Assembly: GCA_039096225.1 (NCBI GenBank)
Contig: JBBPEB010000015.1
Span: 1,550,001-1,614,000, forward strand
Length of the DNA stretch: 64,000 nucleotides
Origin: Blastocystis sp. Blastoise
Lineage: Eukaryota > Protista > Bigyra: Opalinata
Direction of reading: 5' to 3'
Positions 1 to 31,894 of the stretch are shown here, piece by piece. Numbering within the stretch: position 1 is the first letter of the stretch; every line of letters begins with the position of its first letter. The notes under the pieces were generated by a model that saw only the letters and a program-made list of their open reading frames with translations, did no database searches and was not told the origin of the DNA. A program made the translations under genes and the position numbers.

Positions 1-1500
1 AATCAATAGGTCATCAAACTACTATAGTTAAAACAAAGTCTTAAAATAATGAGTTTGAGTGTCACAATTTTGAAAAATGTGAATTAAGTGGTCTTAGAGT
101 GACAAATTCAATATAATGACTTTTATTTAGTAAACTAGACTTATAACTCTATACTATGTTAAAAGGAGAGTCAAAATTATGAAGGTCAAAGTGTATGACC
201 AAATGACAAAATGTGTCTTAAAAAGTAAAAGGATGTCTATATGTGTTTAGAATCATGTATTAAGTCTATTCTATGAATAAGAGCTTTAAATAAATAGTTT
301 AAGGTTGTCAAATTCAAAAGAATGTGTAAAACATAGTCTTAAACTATGAATAAAAAATTTAGAGATATTAATTAGTGTACAGCTGTAGTAGCTCTACAAC
401 ATATCAAAAGTACAGTTAAAATAATTTTTAGAGAGTGGATGTGTGAGGTGTTGTGACTATTATTTAAAATTTATTTTTACTTCAGTTTATGTTAAATCGT
501 GAATTTCGTGCACTATAGAAAAATTGAGCCAAAAAATTAACTCTAAGGGTCTTAAATTTAAAAAAATGTAAAAATGAGTGACTTAGAGGACGAGATTCAA
601 TATTTGAGTGTTTATTCATTAAACTAGAGTGTATGATCTATATTATGTTAAAATAAGGGAAGAAAATATTTTGGTCAAAGTGTATGAGCAAATGGTAAAG
701 TGTCTTTAAAAAGTCTAAAGTGATGACTAATGTGTTTATAGAGTCATATAGAGTCTACTATGAAAATATTAGCTTTTAAAAATATGTTTAAGCCTTTCAA
801 TTAATAAAAATATGTTCAAAGAGACTCATAAAATGAGAGTTTTAAGAAACGAGATATTGTTCAGTATACACTAAAAGACACTCTACAACATATCAAAAAT
901 ATAGCAAAAACTATTTTTAGAGACTGCATGTGTGAAGGGTTGTGAGAGTTATTGAAAAAATATTTTTCACTCAGTTTGTGCAAAATCGTGTTTTTGGAAC
1001 ACTGTAGAAAAATTAACTTAAATAATCAACTCTAAGGGTCTTAATTTTTAAAAATGTGAAAATGATTGACTTAGAGGACGAGATTCAAAATTCCCTCTCA
1101 CTTTCATATAACTAGACCACACACTCTATATTATATCAAAAGGAGGGACGAAAATATTTTGGTCAAAGTAAATGAGCAAATGCAAAAGGTTTATAAAATG
1201 TTTTAAAGTGATGACCAATGTGTAGCTAACGTTATACTGAGTATAGTGTGTAAATATAAGCTTATAAAAATGAGTTAAGGTGTCTTAACTTTTCATAATG
1301 TGTCAAAAATGGTCATTAAGAAAGAGATTCAAAACATTAATTTTTATTTAATGAATAGTATGATAAACTCTATACTATATCAAAAGACTGACGGAAACTG
1401 TTTTGATGCAGTGGATCTTGAATGGGTAAAGTCTCTTTAAAAGTCACTTTTTCGAGTCATTTATGATTAAAATAAGTATTTGAGACAACTGAAGAAATAT
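1..1500. repeat. Diverged tandem repeat, ~244-bp monomer with ~488-bp dimer periodicity
   Basis: A 'ctcta(t/c)a..atat/gt.aaaa' core recurs at ~146, 391, 635, 881, 1124 and 1368. 'ggtcaaagt..atga.caaatg' recurs at ~184, 672 and 1161. Confidence 0.8.
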
Positions 1501-1857
1501 TAACTTTTTAAACCATATTTTATTAGTCAAAGTTAGAATGAATGCTGACTTTGTTATGATTAAAGCTTTCTAATTCTTTTAAAAATTATTAAAATGAGTT
1601 AAAATTATTTTATTATGCTTATTTAAATGAATTTTATGACTTAAAAATACTCAAGAGTACTTCACATTGTGACTCATTTCTAAAGTTGTTGACTTTAAAA
1701 ACTCAAAAAATGCTTAAAACAGTTGTTTAATTATTTATAAATACAAAATATATTTTTAAAATAATAAATAATATATATAATGATTCAAAATAGATTTTTT
1801 ATTCTCTTTCAAGTATTGTTTTTAGTTTTTTTGATAATATTTAAATAGTTTATTTAA

Positions 1858-1927
1858 TTCTTATATTAGGAATTGAACCTGATTACAATCAATAAATGAT
1901 TGTGACTCTCCATATAGAGTATAAGAA
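1858..1927 (-). ncRNA. tRNA-like cloverleaf element, copy A
   Basis: Minus strand reads TTCTTAT-ACTCT atatgg AGAGT-c-ACAATCA tttat TGATTGT-aa-TCAGG ttcaatt CCTAA-TATAAGAA. It contains the B-box GGTTCAATTCC. Confidence 0.55.
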
Positions 1928-1939
1928 GCGTTATTAAAG

Positions 1940-2285
1940 TAATATATAATATATAATAGATAATAGATAATAGATAATAGATAATAAATAATAGATAATA
2001 GATAATAAATAATAAATAATAAATAATAATATATAATATATAATATATAATATATAATATATAATATATAATATATAATAGATAATAAATAATAAATAAT
2101 AGATAATAAATAATAATATATAATAGATAATAATATATAATATATAATATATAATATATAATATATAATATATAATATATAATATATAATATATAATATA
2201 TAATATATAATATATAATAGATAATAATATATAATATATAATATATAATAAATACTAATATATAATAGATAATATATAATAATGA
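1940..2285. repeat. (ATATA)n/(ATAATAG)n microsatellite
   Basis: Directly visible. Confidence 0.9.
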
Positions 2286-2372
2286 AAAAAAGAAAATAAA
2301 AGCCAAACTGTTATTATTTTATGCAGCCGCGGTCCGGTGCCGTTAGGCCCCGGACCTGCGGCGTGACCCTAG

Positions 2373-3775
2373 TAATAATAATAATAATAATAATAGAAAT
2401 ACTAGAAATTTAAATACAAATAGAAATGAAAGAAGAATGAATAATGAAATGGAAATTGAAATTGAATCTGAGAATACTAATAATACTAATACTAATTCTA
2501 ATCAAATTAATTCTTCTAATTCTAATACTTCTAATAATGATACTCAATCAGAAAGAGAATCTTATATTAATAATTCTAATAATAATCGTTCTAATACTCA
2601 TTCTAATACTCATTCTAATAATAATTCTAATACTCATTCTAATACTCATTCGAATAATAATACTCATAATAATAATAGATATAATAGAAATAGAAATAAT
2701 AATTATCATTCAAATAATAATAATAATAGATTTAATTATAATATAAATGATGAGAATGAATTGAATGAAGAATTAATAAATTCAGAAATTCAATATTATA
2801 AGAAAGTATCTAAACTTCTTAATGAATGTATTCAATCTATTAATACATTTACTTCTCAAATATCTATGAATAATAATAATTCTATTTCTATTCAATCTTC
2901 TATAAATATATTTATAGGTAAATTAGTAGAAATATATGAAATGAATACAGAAGAACCTATATTAGGTACAATATTAGAAAATCTAAATATATCAAATATT
3001 AATGAATCTATTAATATAATGAATATAGATTTATGGAATGATAGTAAGAATTCATTAAATCATTTTTATGATAATTCAAAAAGAATGATTGAAGATTTAT
3101 TAAAGAATAAAGAGAATATAAAGAATCATAGAGAAGCATCTAAAATAAGAAAAGATTTTGAAATTAATTCTAAATCTACTCTTCGTTCTCAAATATGGAA
3201 TAATAATACTGGAGAACATTGTACTATTCCTCCTGATACTCTTACTCAATTATATTCTGATTTATATTCTTCTCATGAATCTAATACTAATTCTACTTCT
3301 ACTTCTCCTCCTTTATGGTTATCTTCTAATATTTCTACTATACCTGAAAATTCTTCTTCTTTCAATATTATTAAATTTAAAGATGTTACTAGAATTCTAA
3401 GGAAACTTCCTAATAATAGTACTCCTGGTGCTAATGGAATTCCTTATGAAATCTATAAAAGAAGTACTTCTGCTAGATTATTATTAACTTATATCTTAGA
3501 AGTATGTAGATATAATGAAATTACTTTAAATAGTTGGAATGAATCTATTACTTGGTTATTAGATAAAGGAAAAGATGATAAATCTTCTTTAAATAATTGG
3601 AGACCATTATGTCTTCAAAATGTAGAATCAAAAATATTTTCTTCTCTTATAGTAGATTATATTAATAATATTAATAATTCTTATCATATTATATCTTCTT
3701 ATCAAAAAGGATTTACTCCTAATGTAGCTGGTTGTGAAGATCTTAATTATATTCTTAGTAATATCATAGCTGATT
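2373..3775 (+). CDS. Non-LTR retrotransposon ORF, N-terminal part (RT subdomains 0-2), interrupted by Helitrons on both sides
   Basis: Contains STPGANGIPYEIYK, LLDKGKDD..LNNWRPLCLQNVESKIFS and QKGFTPNVAGCED. The frame stays open upstream of ATG 2437 to the CTAG at 2372. Confidence 0.92.
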
Positions 3776-6396
3776 TCTTATATATAAAAGGGATAAGTAA
3801 GCACAAAATTGTACTGATATAAATGGACCGATTACTTTTTTGTGTTACGTATCTATGTTACACTGATAACAGAGTAAGATACTAAATGAAAAACGTATTC
3901 TGACGCGCTTTTAAAATTTTCAAAAATTCCACGTCTAAGGGCCTAAAACGGTCAGACAAAAAAAAAATTAACGGAAATGCCCCAAATAATTGGCTAAAAT
4001 TCAAAATTAAAATTTGTATCCAATAAACATATTTCGTACATAAAATTCCTATTTATTTTTCATTTTCTCAGAAATTTTTTCATTTTTTACATTTTTCTAC
4101 TTAAAAATTTCTTTTTATATTTTGTAAAATTTATTTTTTATAAATTTCATTTTTAAGTTATATTTTTCTTTATGATGTACTTTATATTTGTCATTAAATA
4201 TTAATATAATTTATTTTAAATGCATAACATTTCTCGCCACATGTATAAACGATTTTTAAACTTTAAAAAGACAATTAGACAAGAATCCTTTTTTTAAGAG
4301 ACTTTAATTGATTGAAATTAACTTATATACATAAAATAACCTGAGTAATGATAATATATAAAGCTTTTAAAAAAATTGATCCACAAAGTATTGAGATATC
4401 GGACACATTCTCTTTTGACTCCTTTGAATTTTAATGAAAACTATCTGGATCATCATGATAACTCATGAAACCATCCTAAAAGTCATTAAAACCTGTTTTT
4501 GACATGTTGAAAAATTGACAAAAAACTTCAATCGCGCGTTCTGTCAACATTTTTTATTTTATTAATTTTTAAACGTTACAGGATTTATCTTATGAGTTTA
4601 TATTCATAAATTATTTGAACACATTTTTAAAATAAAAAGGTCGAAGAGATATCGAAATCATTTCACTCTTAATAAAGAAATTTTGACTTAATATTTGTAG
4701 TTTAGATAAAATTCGCCACTCATTGAACCCATCAGGTTTCTTTTAAGACAAGAATGAGTGGATATATGTTTGGTTGACCCTCATAAAATCAAATTCTGAT
4801 TTTATATATGAATACAGTGACCTCTACCATACACAAATATATCATTATTGCATGTTTATGACAACAAAGTTGGTGTATTGGCAGATTTCGACCCCATTAA
4901 TTTCGACTTATGACTTTATATTTGGTGTAAGGATGCCCCATAAGATACATTATGATATTTTATGTCTTTAAAGGCTTTTTAAAAAAGGTCAAAAAAAGTT
5001 AATTGCGACTTTGTACCAAAAAAAGTCGTCCTAACACACTTTTTAAAAGTCATATTAATAGTTATTATACTATTACATAAATATATAAAGTCAAAATATA
5101 AAATATCGTTGGGTCTCGGTGTCAAAAATGAAAAAGAAATTTTGATACTTTTCAAAAATTTTATTTTTGATGTTTCAACTAAGGTCAATTTCGACCATTA
5201 TTATTATGTTTTTATTATTTATTTTTGTCATATTTAATACTATATGTGTCTATCTTATAAAATATATGAAAACTTTATAATATTATATTATATTAAAAGT
5301 TAAAATAAGATAAAAAAAAAGAGGTCTTGACAGAATTATCTACATTATTTTTTAAGTCAAACACATGAAGATTATGGACTTAATTCATAATTAATATTAT
5401 ATTTCTACATAATAATATTATAAATGTTTTATTATTATGCTAATTTTTATAAAATAATACTTTTTGCAAACTGATATAGATGTAATTGTTTTACAATCTT
5501 AATTAAAAAGGTTCAAATTTTTTTATAGTGATCAATAATCTTATTAATCTCTGTTTGAAACACATAAGAAGATGAGCTAACAATAAAAATGAAAAAGAAT
5601 ATTTTAAAACTTTCAGTATTTTTCTTTTCTTTTCTTTTTTTTATTGTACTGTATTTAGAAATAGATTTAAATACATTTAGCAAGTCATTTCATGAACAGA
5701 ATTAAAAGCGCCAATTGTAGAATGTCTAATTAATGAATTTTTAACTGATTGAAAGAATGATTGCCTAATTGTGAACAAAGAAACTTTAGCTGATTTTAGA
5801 GTGATATAAGAAAGGGTTACTTAAAACTACTATGCTATTTCTACGTTCAACATATTAATATATTGGTAACAACCAAATCATTCTTTATTTTAATAATTCC
5901 TTCTGTAAGTTTATTTTCATTTTTGTCTTTATCGTGTTTTTATTAATTAATTTATATATGTATAGAGAGTAGATGATAAATATAATAAATTATATTTGGT
6001 AATGATACAATGTAAATGGGTAAACTAATGATACAGGGGATAATGTATAACTTTTTTATTAGGTATGCTATTACTCATCTTAAGAATTGACTGTTACAAC
6101 TATGCTATCCAAAGAAAGAAAAGAAAGAAAAGAAATGTAGCTGGAAGTTATAAATAAATGGTTGGTTATTATGAAAAAAATGATATGAAGATTCCGTTTT
6201 TAAAAGTTCACCATTCATTTTTTGATATGTAAATTCACCACAAAATATCTTTGATGTCATGTATATATTTATATTATAATATATTATTTCTTTTATTATG
6301 TATATCTTTTTGATTTATTAAACCATTTGTTTTAATATACCTTTTATATATATAGAAGGTGCTTTTTGCTAAATCTTTCAGTATTGTTTAAGTACT

Positions 6397-24400
<18,004 letters not shown>

Positions 24401-24728
24401 TGTTCGAGTATTCTTTTTAATTTTTTTTAATTTTTCTTATGTTGTGATATTTTTCATCTATTCTTATTAAATATTTTCTTCTTAAATATTTTTCTATTTT
24501 TATTCTTTTCCATTTTCATTTCTCACATTATTAAATATTTTACAATTTCTATTTTATTTTGTTTTCTTATAATTTACTTGAATATATATATTTGTTATTG
24601 AGTTTAACCTATATAAAATGCCCGACTCTGCTTTATAAAAGTTCATGATGTCTCTTTATATAGTTTAAAGTTTATGAACTCATATAATATTTTAAATATA
24701 TCATTTAAACTATAAGATACAAAATAGA

Positions 24729-25383
24729 ATGTTGTTGTTTTATATTTTATATGTGTTTGCTTTGTTTTTGTGTTGTAAATTATTTGCTATTGCGAATTAA
24801 TATTACACACTTTTGTTTTTGATATGTTTGATCTCGAAAATATTTTCATTAACTTACAAAATATATTATCATATATATAGATTGTAAAAGAGTTGAAAAT
24901 ACTTTTGAGTTTCATACATCTTGCTTTTGTCTTAACAACAAGGGAGACAAAGGTATATTATTGTCTAATAAAATAATAAAAATATTTTTATTGTTTCGTC
25001 TTTAGATAATAATAACTACAAAAACACCCTTGAGAAAACATTTTTTAATAGTAAGTTATTTACTATTAATTGTGAAGGTATGTTTTGATGTGAAAACAAC
25101 CTAAAATATATATAGGAACTACAGACTCAGAAATAACAAATAAATTTATATTTAAAGACAACACAACTCTTTTTGCAAATAAAAACAGATTTTCAACATG
25201 TCCAACAAATCAAGGTAAATATTTTTATAATTTAAATTCTATTATGACTTGATAGTTACTTTAAATAATAATAATCAGGAAAATGAAAGTGACGAGGATC
25301 TCTCAAGTCCTCCTTATTATGATGAAAGGGTTTCACCTCCTACTTCTCCTGTTTATCCTGTTTCTTCTCCTGAATATTATTAA
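24729..25383 (+). CDS. Small 5-exon Helitron cargo gene, 138 aa, putative signal peptide, unknown function
   Basis: Exons 24729-24774, 24881-24952, 25006-25077, 25116-25214 and 25256-25383. All introns are GT-AG phase 1, and the exons join in frame: MLLFYILYVFALFLCYCKRVENTFEF...SSPEYY*. Confidence 0.65.
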
Positions 25384-25597
25384 GGAGTTTTTTAAATTTT
25401 TTTTTGTTTTTGCTTATAAATATTTTGTTGTTTTGTATTATTTTATTTCTTTCTTTAATTATTTATTCTTTTATATTATATTTTGTTTAGTTAAATATTT
25501 TATTTTTAAATTATTAAAAAAGTAAAATATTTTATATATATATGTTTACAAATATCTATATTGTTTAATTAATTAAATCTTATATATAATACTATAG

Positions 25598-28500
25598 GAA
25601 ACAAAAGAAAGCGATTTAATTCTCTTAAAAGAAGAGATATATTTGGAAATTTTATTAATTCACAAAATTCAAAAATGAAAAATAATCAAGTATTAAACGA
25701 AAATCAAAATGATTTTAATCAACACAATTCGTTATTAAATAACAATAATTCTTTAAATAATGAAGAAATAGTAACTGAACAACACCCAATACAACTAAAC
25801 AATATAGAAACTATATCTTCTTCTTCTTCTATTCCAAGTGTTACTTCAACTCAAAGTAATAATAATAATCTAATTGAAGCATCAATTAATGAAACAAATT
25901 TTATTGAATCAGATTTAAATAATAATACAAATTTAAATAATGGAATTATATATGAAACTTTAATAAATGAAACAGATTTTATTGAAACTGACATAAATAA
26001 TAATGAAAATATATCTCAATCAATAGTTGATGATAGTTTTAATTCCACTTTTGTTTTTGAAAATAATGAAACAAATAATAATACACAACCTACTATATTA
26101 AATAATCCTATAACTCCTTTACATAATCAACACAATAATGATATACTTTCAGATAATAATAATAGTATCAATAATAATCATATTCCATCTATACATAATA
26201 CACCAAATTCTAATACAAATAATCAAATAGTATCTCCTTCTACTTCTCTCATTATAACACCTCCTAGATTATCTCCTCTTGATTCAAGATTAATTAGTTC
26301 TTCTTCTTCTTCTCATAATAATAATAATAATTCTATTATTCCTCCTCTGCCAAGATCATCGATATTAGATGTATTAAATTATTATCAAATATCTCCTATT
26401 CAAAATCCTAATAATAATAATTTATTATCAACAAATATAAATAATCATAGAAGAAGAATTAGTTTTGATTCTTCTACTTCAGATGATGATACAAGTTCAG
26501 ATAATGATTTCACACCTATTATTCCTCCTAATACTACTAATAATCCTCTTCTACAAATAGAACCAATAAACACTACAAATAATAACGATATAGATATAGA
26601 TAATCAAAATGAAAATAATAATGAAGAAAATAATAACAATATTCCAATTGTTATAAGATTTGAAAACTGTGAAGCATGTATTAAATTAAGTATGCTTAAT
26701 ATTATATCATTTTTATAATTCTTTCTTTATGATAATAAAACTATTATTATATTATGTATAGGAAATGGAGATCAAATAATAGAAGAGAATGAAAGAGATA
26801 TTCAAGGAAATAACAAATATGAATATTATAATATAGGTAAAATGAATCATGTTTGTATTCATTGTGAAGCTCTTCATTTTGAAGCAGAAAAAACAAACTT
26901 TTATATCACAAAAAATTCTACATATAAAAAATACATTAATTTAATTAATGATTCAAGAATACAATTTGAATACTATGAAGGAGATCATGATTATATCATT
27001 ACAAGAAATTCAAATTATACAATGTGTTGTAATAATGGGAAAGTGAAAGTAGAATCACCTATAAATCTTCCAAATGAATTATTAAATCAATTAATGAGTC
27101 AAACACCAAATAATAAATTATTTAGAAATGAGATAAGAAGATATAATAATGCTTTTGCTTTTGCTTCTATGTCATGTTCTAATGTAGTAACAAGAATGAA
27201 TGGTCCAGGACCATATTTTTATAGAGTTCATGGTAATGTATATCATTCTATGAGTGATTTATATCCTTCTGATAATTCTCCTCCTTCTTTTAATCAAATA
27301 TATATTTATGATGAAGAAGAAGCTCTTCATATTCGAAATGGAAATAGTATGTTTTCAGAATTATCTTCTGATTTATTATTAAGTATTGATTCTATGATAA
27401 GAAATAATAATAAAATATATGAATCTTTTAAAACATTACATGAACAAGTAACAGAATCAAGAAGAATAAATAATACTACTTATTCACAAGTAAATTTAAA
27501 ATTACAATTTAAAATAAGTAATTATGATGATAGAAGAAGATTTAATGCTCCTACTACAACAAATGAAATAGCTATGATTATACCAAAACAAAATGATGAA
27601 GGTTTACCAAATATTAATCTTTCATGTTATCCAAGAAGAAGAAGAAATGATAATAATGAAAATGAAAATGAAAATAATAATAATAATATATCAGAACAAC
27701 AAATAACAAATCTTAGTTATAATAATCCTTTTTGTGATCCTTTAATATATCCATTAATGTTTCCTTATGGATTACCATTATGGAGTTTAGAATCTACTTC
27801 TAATATTATACGTAATTCTGAATTACATTTAAATCGTCAAAATAATAATAATAATAATAGAAATATTTCTACAAGAACAACAACTAATAATAATAATAAT
27901 GAGAATGAAATAATAGAAGAAGTAGAAAATGAATTAAATAATAGAAATAATTATAGAATAAATAATAATCATACAGAGAATAATGATAGTAATGGAGATG
28001 ATTCAAAATCGATGAGAATTATTCCAATTTTTAGAAATAGATCAGAAAGAGGATTTCCATTAGATATTTTAGGAAATGAATTTTATACTATACCTACTAT
28101 TTCATTAAGAGAATTTTATTCTTATTTATTATATACAAGACATCCTAATCATAAGAATTATTTATTATTATTTGAAAAATTATTATTACAATTTATGGTT
28201 GATGCAGCTACAAAAATAGAATATTCAAGATTATTATTTATAGCAAATAATCAAACAAAATTAAGATCAGAGAAATATTCTGTATTTAGAGATACAGTGA
28301 ATGAGATGATACGAAATGGATTTAGTGATGAATATATAAGAAGTAGAATGGGAAAAGCAGTTATTATTCCATCAAGTTTTGTAGGTGGTCCTCGATATAT
28401 GAAGAATTCTTACTTAGAAACAATGGCTATTGTAAGAGCTTATGGTAAACCAGATTTATTTATAACCATGACTTGCAATCCAAATTGGCCAGAAATCTTA

Positions 28501-31500
28501 GAATCATTAGAAGAAGGTCAACAACCTTGGATGAGACCTGATATAGTAGATAGAGTATTTTATATAAAATTGAAAATCTTAACTCATTTGATAACAAACT
28601 TTAAAGTATTTGGAGAAGTAAAATGTTTATGTTATTCAATAGAATATCAGAAGAGAGGAATGCCTCATGCACATATTTTAATTACTTTAGAGAATGAATA
28701 TAAATTAAGAACTCCTGAAGATATAGATTCCTATATATGTGCAGAAATTCCTGATCCTATAAAGAATCCAAGATTATATGAAATTATTACTTCAATGAAT
28801 ATGCATGGTCCTCATACAAGAACATCTCAATGTATGAAAGAAATAAATGGTCAACAATATTGTTCAAAGAAATTTCCAAAAGATTATAGAAATGAAACTA
28901 CAATAAATGAAGATGGATATCCAAATTATAGAAGAAGAGATAATGGTAGAATATATGTAATAGGTAGACAATCAAATGTAAATAATACTTTAGATAATAG
29001 ATGGGTAGTTCCATATAATCCATATTTATCATTAAGAATAGGTTGTCATATTAATGTAGAAGTATGTTCTTCAGTAAGAAGTCCTAAATATATATTTAAA
29101 TATGCTTTTAAAGGACATGATTCTATTAATGCAGAAATAGAAAGAGAAGATACTAATAATAATACTACTAATAATAATCCAAATAATTCAAATATAAATG
29201 AAATAGAAATACCAAATGAAATGAAATCTTATTTAAAAGGAAGATATTTATCAGCTCCTGAAGCTATGTGGAGAATATATGGATTTCCAATAAAGTATTG
29301 TAATGTGAGTGTAATTACTTTAGATATTCATGATGAGAATGATAGAACTGTATATTATGTAGAAGGAGATGAAGAAAGAGCTTTAGATAGAATAATGAAT
29401 CAAGATACAATGTTAACAGCATATTTTAAAATGAATGATTTATATATAAATGAAGAATCAAGAGGAACAATGGATGAACCCTCTATTTTAACTTATATAG
29501 AATTTCCTAAATATTATACATATGATTCAAAATTAAAGAAATGGAATCATAGAAGAAGAAATAATAAAGTAATAGGAAGACTTCCTTATATAGATCCTAC
29601 AAATGATAATTTATTTTGTTTAAGAATACTTTTATTACATGTAAGTCGTCCATTAAGTTTTGATGATTTAAAATGTTATGAAGGCCAAATATATAATACA
29701 TATAGAGAATCCTGTATAGCAAGAGGATTATTAGTAGATGATACAGAATATTATGATATTCTTGCAAATGAAGTAATAGATGCTACTCCTTGGCAATTAA
29801 GACAATTATTTGGTTTACTTTGTTCTTATTATCCTATTACTGATCCATTATCTATTTGGAATACTTATAGGAATGATATGATAGATGATTTCTTTCATCA
29901 ATATATAAATGAATATATAAGTATAGATAGACAAGATGCATATGTATTAGATTCAGAAGATAATGAAGTGAATAGAATAATAGAAGAATATTGTATACCT
30001 AGAGCATTAAATCATATAAGAAGTGTCATAGATACAAATAAACATAATGGAGGATATCAAAGTACTAATTTACCACAATTTGATAATAATACTAATATGA
30101 TAGATTATGAATCTGAAGGAATTAATTTTGAAGAAGATCATAGAATAGCAGAAAGAAATATAAGTTTATTGAATGAAGGACAAAGAAGAGTATATGAATC
30201 AATAATGGAATCAGTGAATAATAATGAACCTCATAGAAATAATATGTTTTTTATAGATGGACCAGGAGGAACTGGAAAAACATTTCTTTATAATACAATA
30301 ATTAAATCAATAAGAAATAATATAGATGATGTGATAGCAGTTGCATGGACAGGTATTGCAGCTACTTTATTATGTGGAGGAAAAACATCTCATTCACAAT
30401 TTGGATTACCTTTTGAATTAAATGAATCTTCTTCTTCTTCTATTTCAAGAGGATCTCCAAGAGCAGAACAAATTAAGAAATGTAAAATAATAATATGGGA
30501 TGAAGCTCCTATGGCTTCTAAATATGCTTTAAAAGTAGTTGATCAATTATTAAGATTCTTATATAATGATGAGATAGATATTCCATTTGCAGGTAAAACA
30601 ATAGTATTAGGTGGAGATTTTAGACAATGTTTACCAGTAGTAGCTCATGGAAAAGAAGCTGATATAGTTCCTTTATGTATTAAATATTTAGATATTTGGA
30701 ATGAATTTAATCAATTTCAATTAACAGAAAATATGAGAGCAAATGCAAATGAAATAGAATTTAAAGAATTCTTATTGAAGATAGGAAATGGTGAGAGATG
30801 TAATAATGAATTAAGATTATTATCAAAAGATAAAGTACATATTCCAAGAGAATGCATTTGTGATGAGAATATAGGTGAAGAGATATTTCATGAATTCATT
30901 AATGATTCAAATACAGATATATATAGACAGAAATTAGCTTCAAATTGTATATTATGTGCAACAAATGAACAAGCATTTTTAATTAATGAAAGAATTCAAA
31001 ATATGATAAGATCAAGTTCTCATCATTATTATAGTCATGATGAATTAGCAGAAGAAGTAGAAGATATAGATGAAAGAGATGCTTATAGTACAGAATATTT
31101 AAATAGTTTAATTCCTCAAGGATGTCCACCTCATGATTTAGAATTGAAAAGAGGTTCAGTTATTATGTTATTAAGAAATTTAGATATAAAGAGAGGATTA
31201 TGTAATGGAACGAGATTAGTAGTATTAGATACAAAACCAAATGTAATAAGAAGTCAATTATTAGTAAGAACTGATAATATGTTAGAAGGACAAGATATAG
31301 TATTGATTCCAAGAATTAAATTTATAGTAGATGATAGTGATTTACCATGTAAGTTAAGTAGAAAACAATTTCCTGTCAGATTAGCTTTTGCTATGACTAT
31401 TAATAAATCACAAGGTCAAACATTTCAAAATGTAGGTATTTATTTAGAAAGACCTGTATTTAGTCATGGTCAATTATATGTTGCTTTAAGTAGAGTACGT

Positions 31501-31614
31501 TCTTTTCATGGTATAAAAATGTTTATAAAGAATGATAATATTAATCAAGGTCAATTAATCAGAAATAGTAATGAATGGTATACTAAAAATTGTGTATTTA
31601 ATGGAGTATTATAA
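25598..31614 (+). CDS. Helitron RepHel (Zn-finger, HUH Rep, Pif1-family helicase) with an Asn/Ser-rich N-terminal exon
   Basis: Rep motifs FITMTCNPNW, EYQKRGMPHAHIL and KYIFKY. Pif1 motifs GPGGTGKT, WDEAPM, GGDFRQ, FAMTINKSQGQT and HGQLYVALSRV. A phase-1 intron at 26690-26761 joins the 25675 and 26842 ORFs in frame. The start is ATG 25675 or lies in an upstream exon. Confidence 0.96.
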
Positions 31615-31894
31615 TTTATTTTTGTTGTTGTATTTTGTTATATATTTTTTTCGATTTTCTAATTTTTCTTATTTTTCTTATTGTTTATGAATACTTTTTG
31701 TTAATTTTCAATTTTAAATTGTATATTTGTTTATTTTTATTTGTTAATAATTAATTCTTAAAATTTATATTGTTTAGTTTATAATTCTTTATCATTATCA
31801 AAAGAAAATAAATAAATAACAAAAAACAAGAAATAATTGACTGAAATAGACTTAATAGATACATAGCATCGGCGAAGCCGATGCCACCCGCTAG

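Larger units (their letters stand above)
1..2372 (+). mobile_element. 3' part of a Helitron (5' end lies outside the window)
   Basis: GC-rich hairpin GCCGC-GGTCCGG-t-GCC gtta GGC-c-CCGGACC-t-GCGGC (2326-2362), a 6-nt spacer, then CTAG (2369-2372) followed by T. This is the canonical Helitron 3' terminus, with the same layout as 31866-31894. Confidence 0.7.

Noticed and set aside
1858-1927. Canonical tRNA calls for the cloverleaf elements (also 8949-9014 and 12998-13065)
   Set aside because: The arm geometry is non-standard and the anticodon loop is unconserved, so they are reported as tRNA-like instead.
2326-2372. HDV-like ribozyme at the 5' end of an R2-type element
   Set aside because: It is a simple hairpin ending in CTAG with no visible double pseudoknot. 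A Helitron 3' terminus fits better.
5690-6160. Additional small cargo gene
   Set aside because: Exon-like segments are present, but I could not assemble a consistent start-to-stop model.
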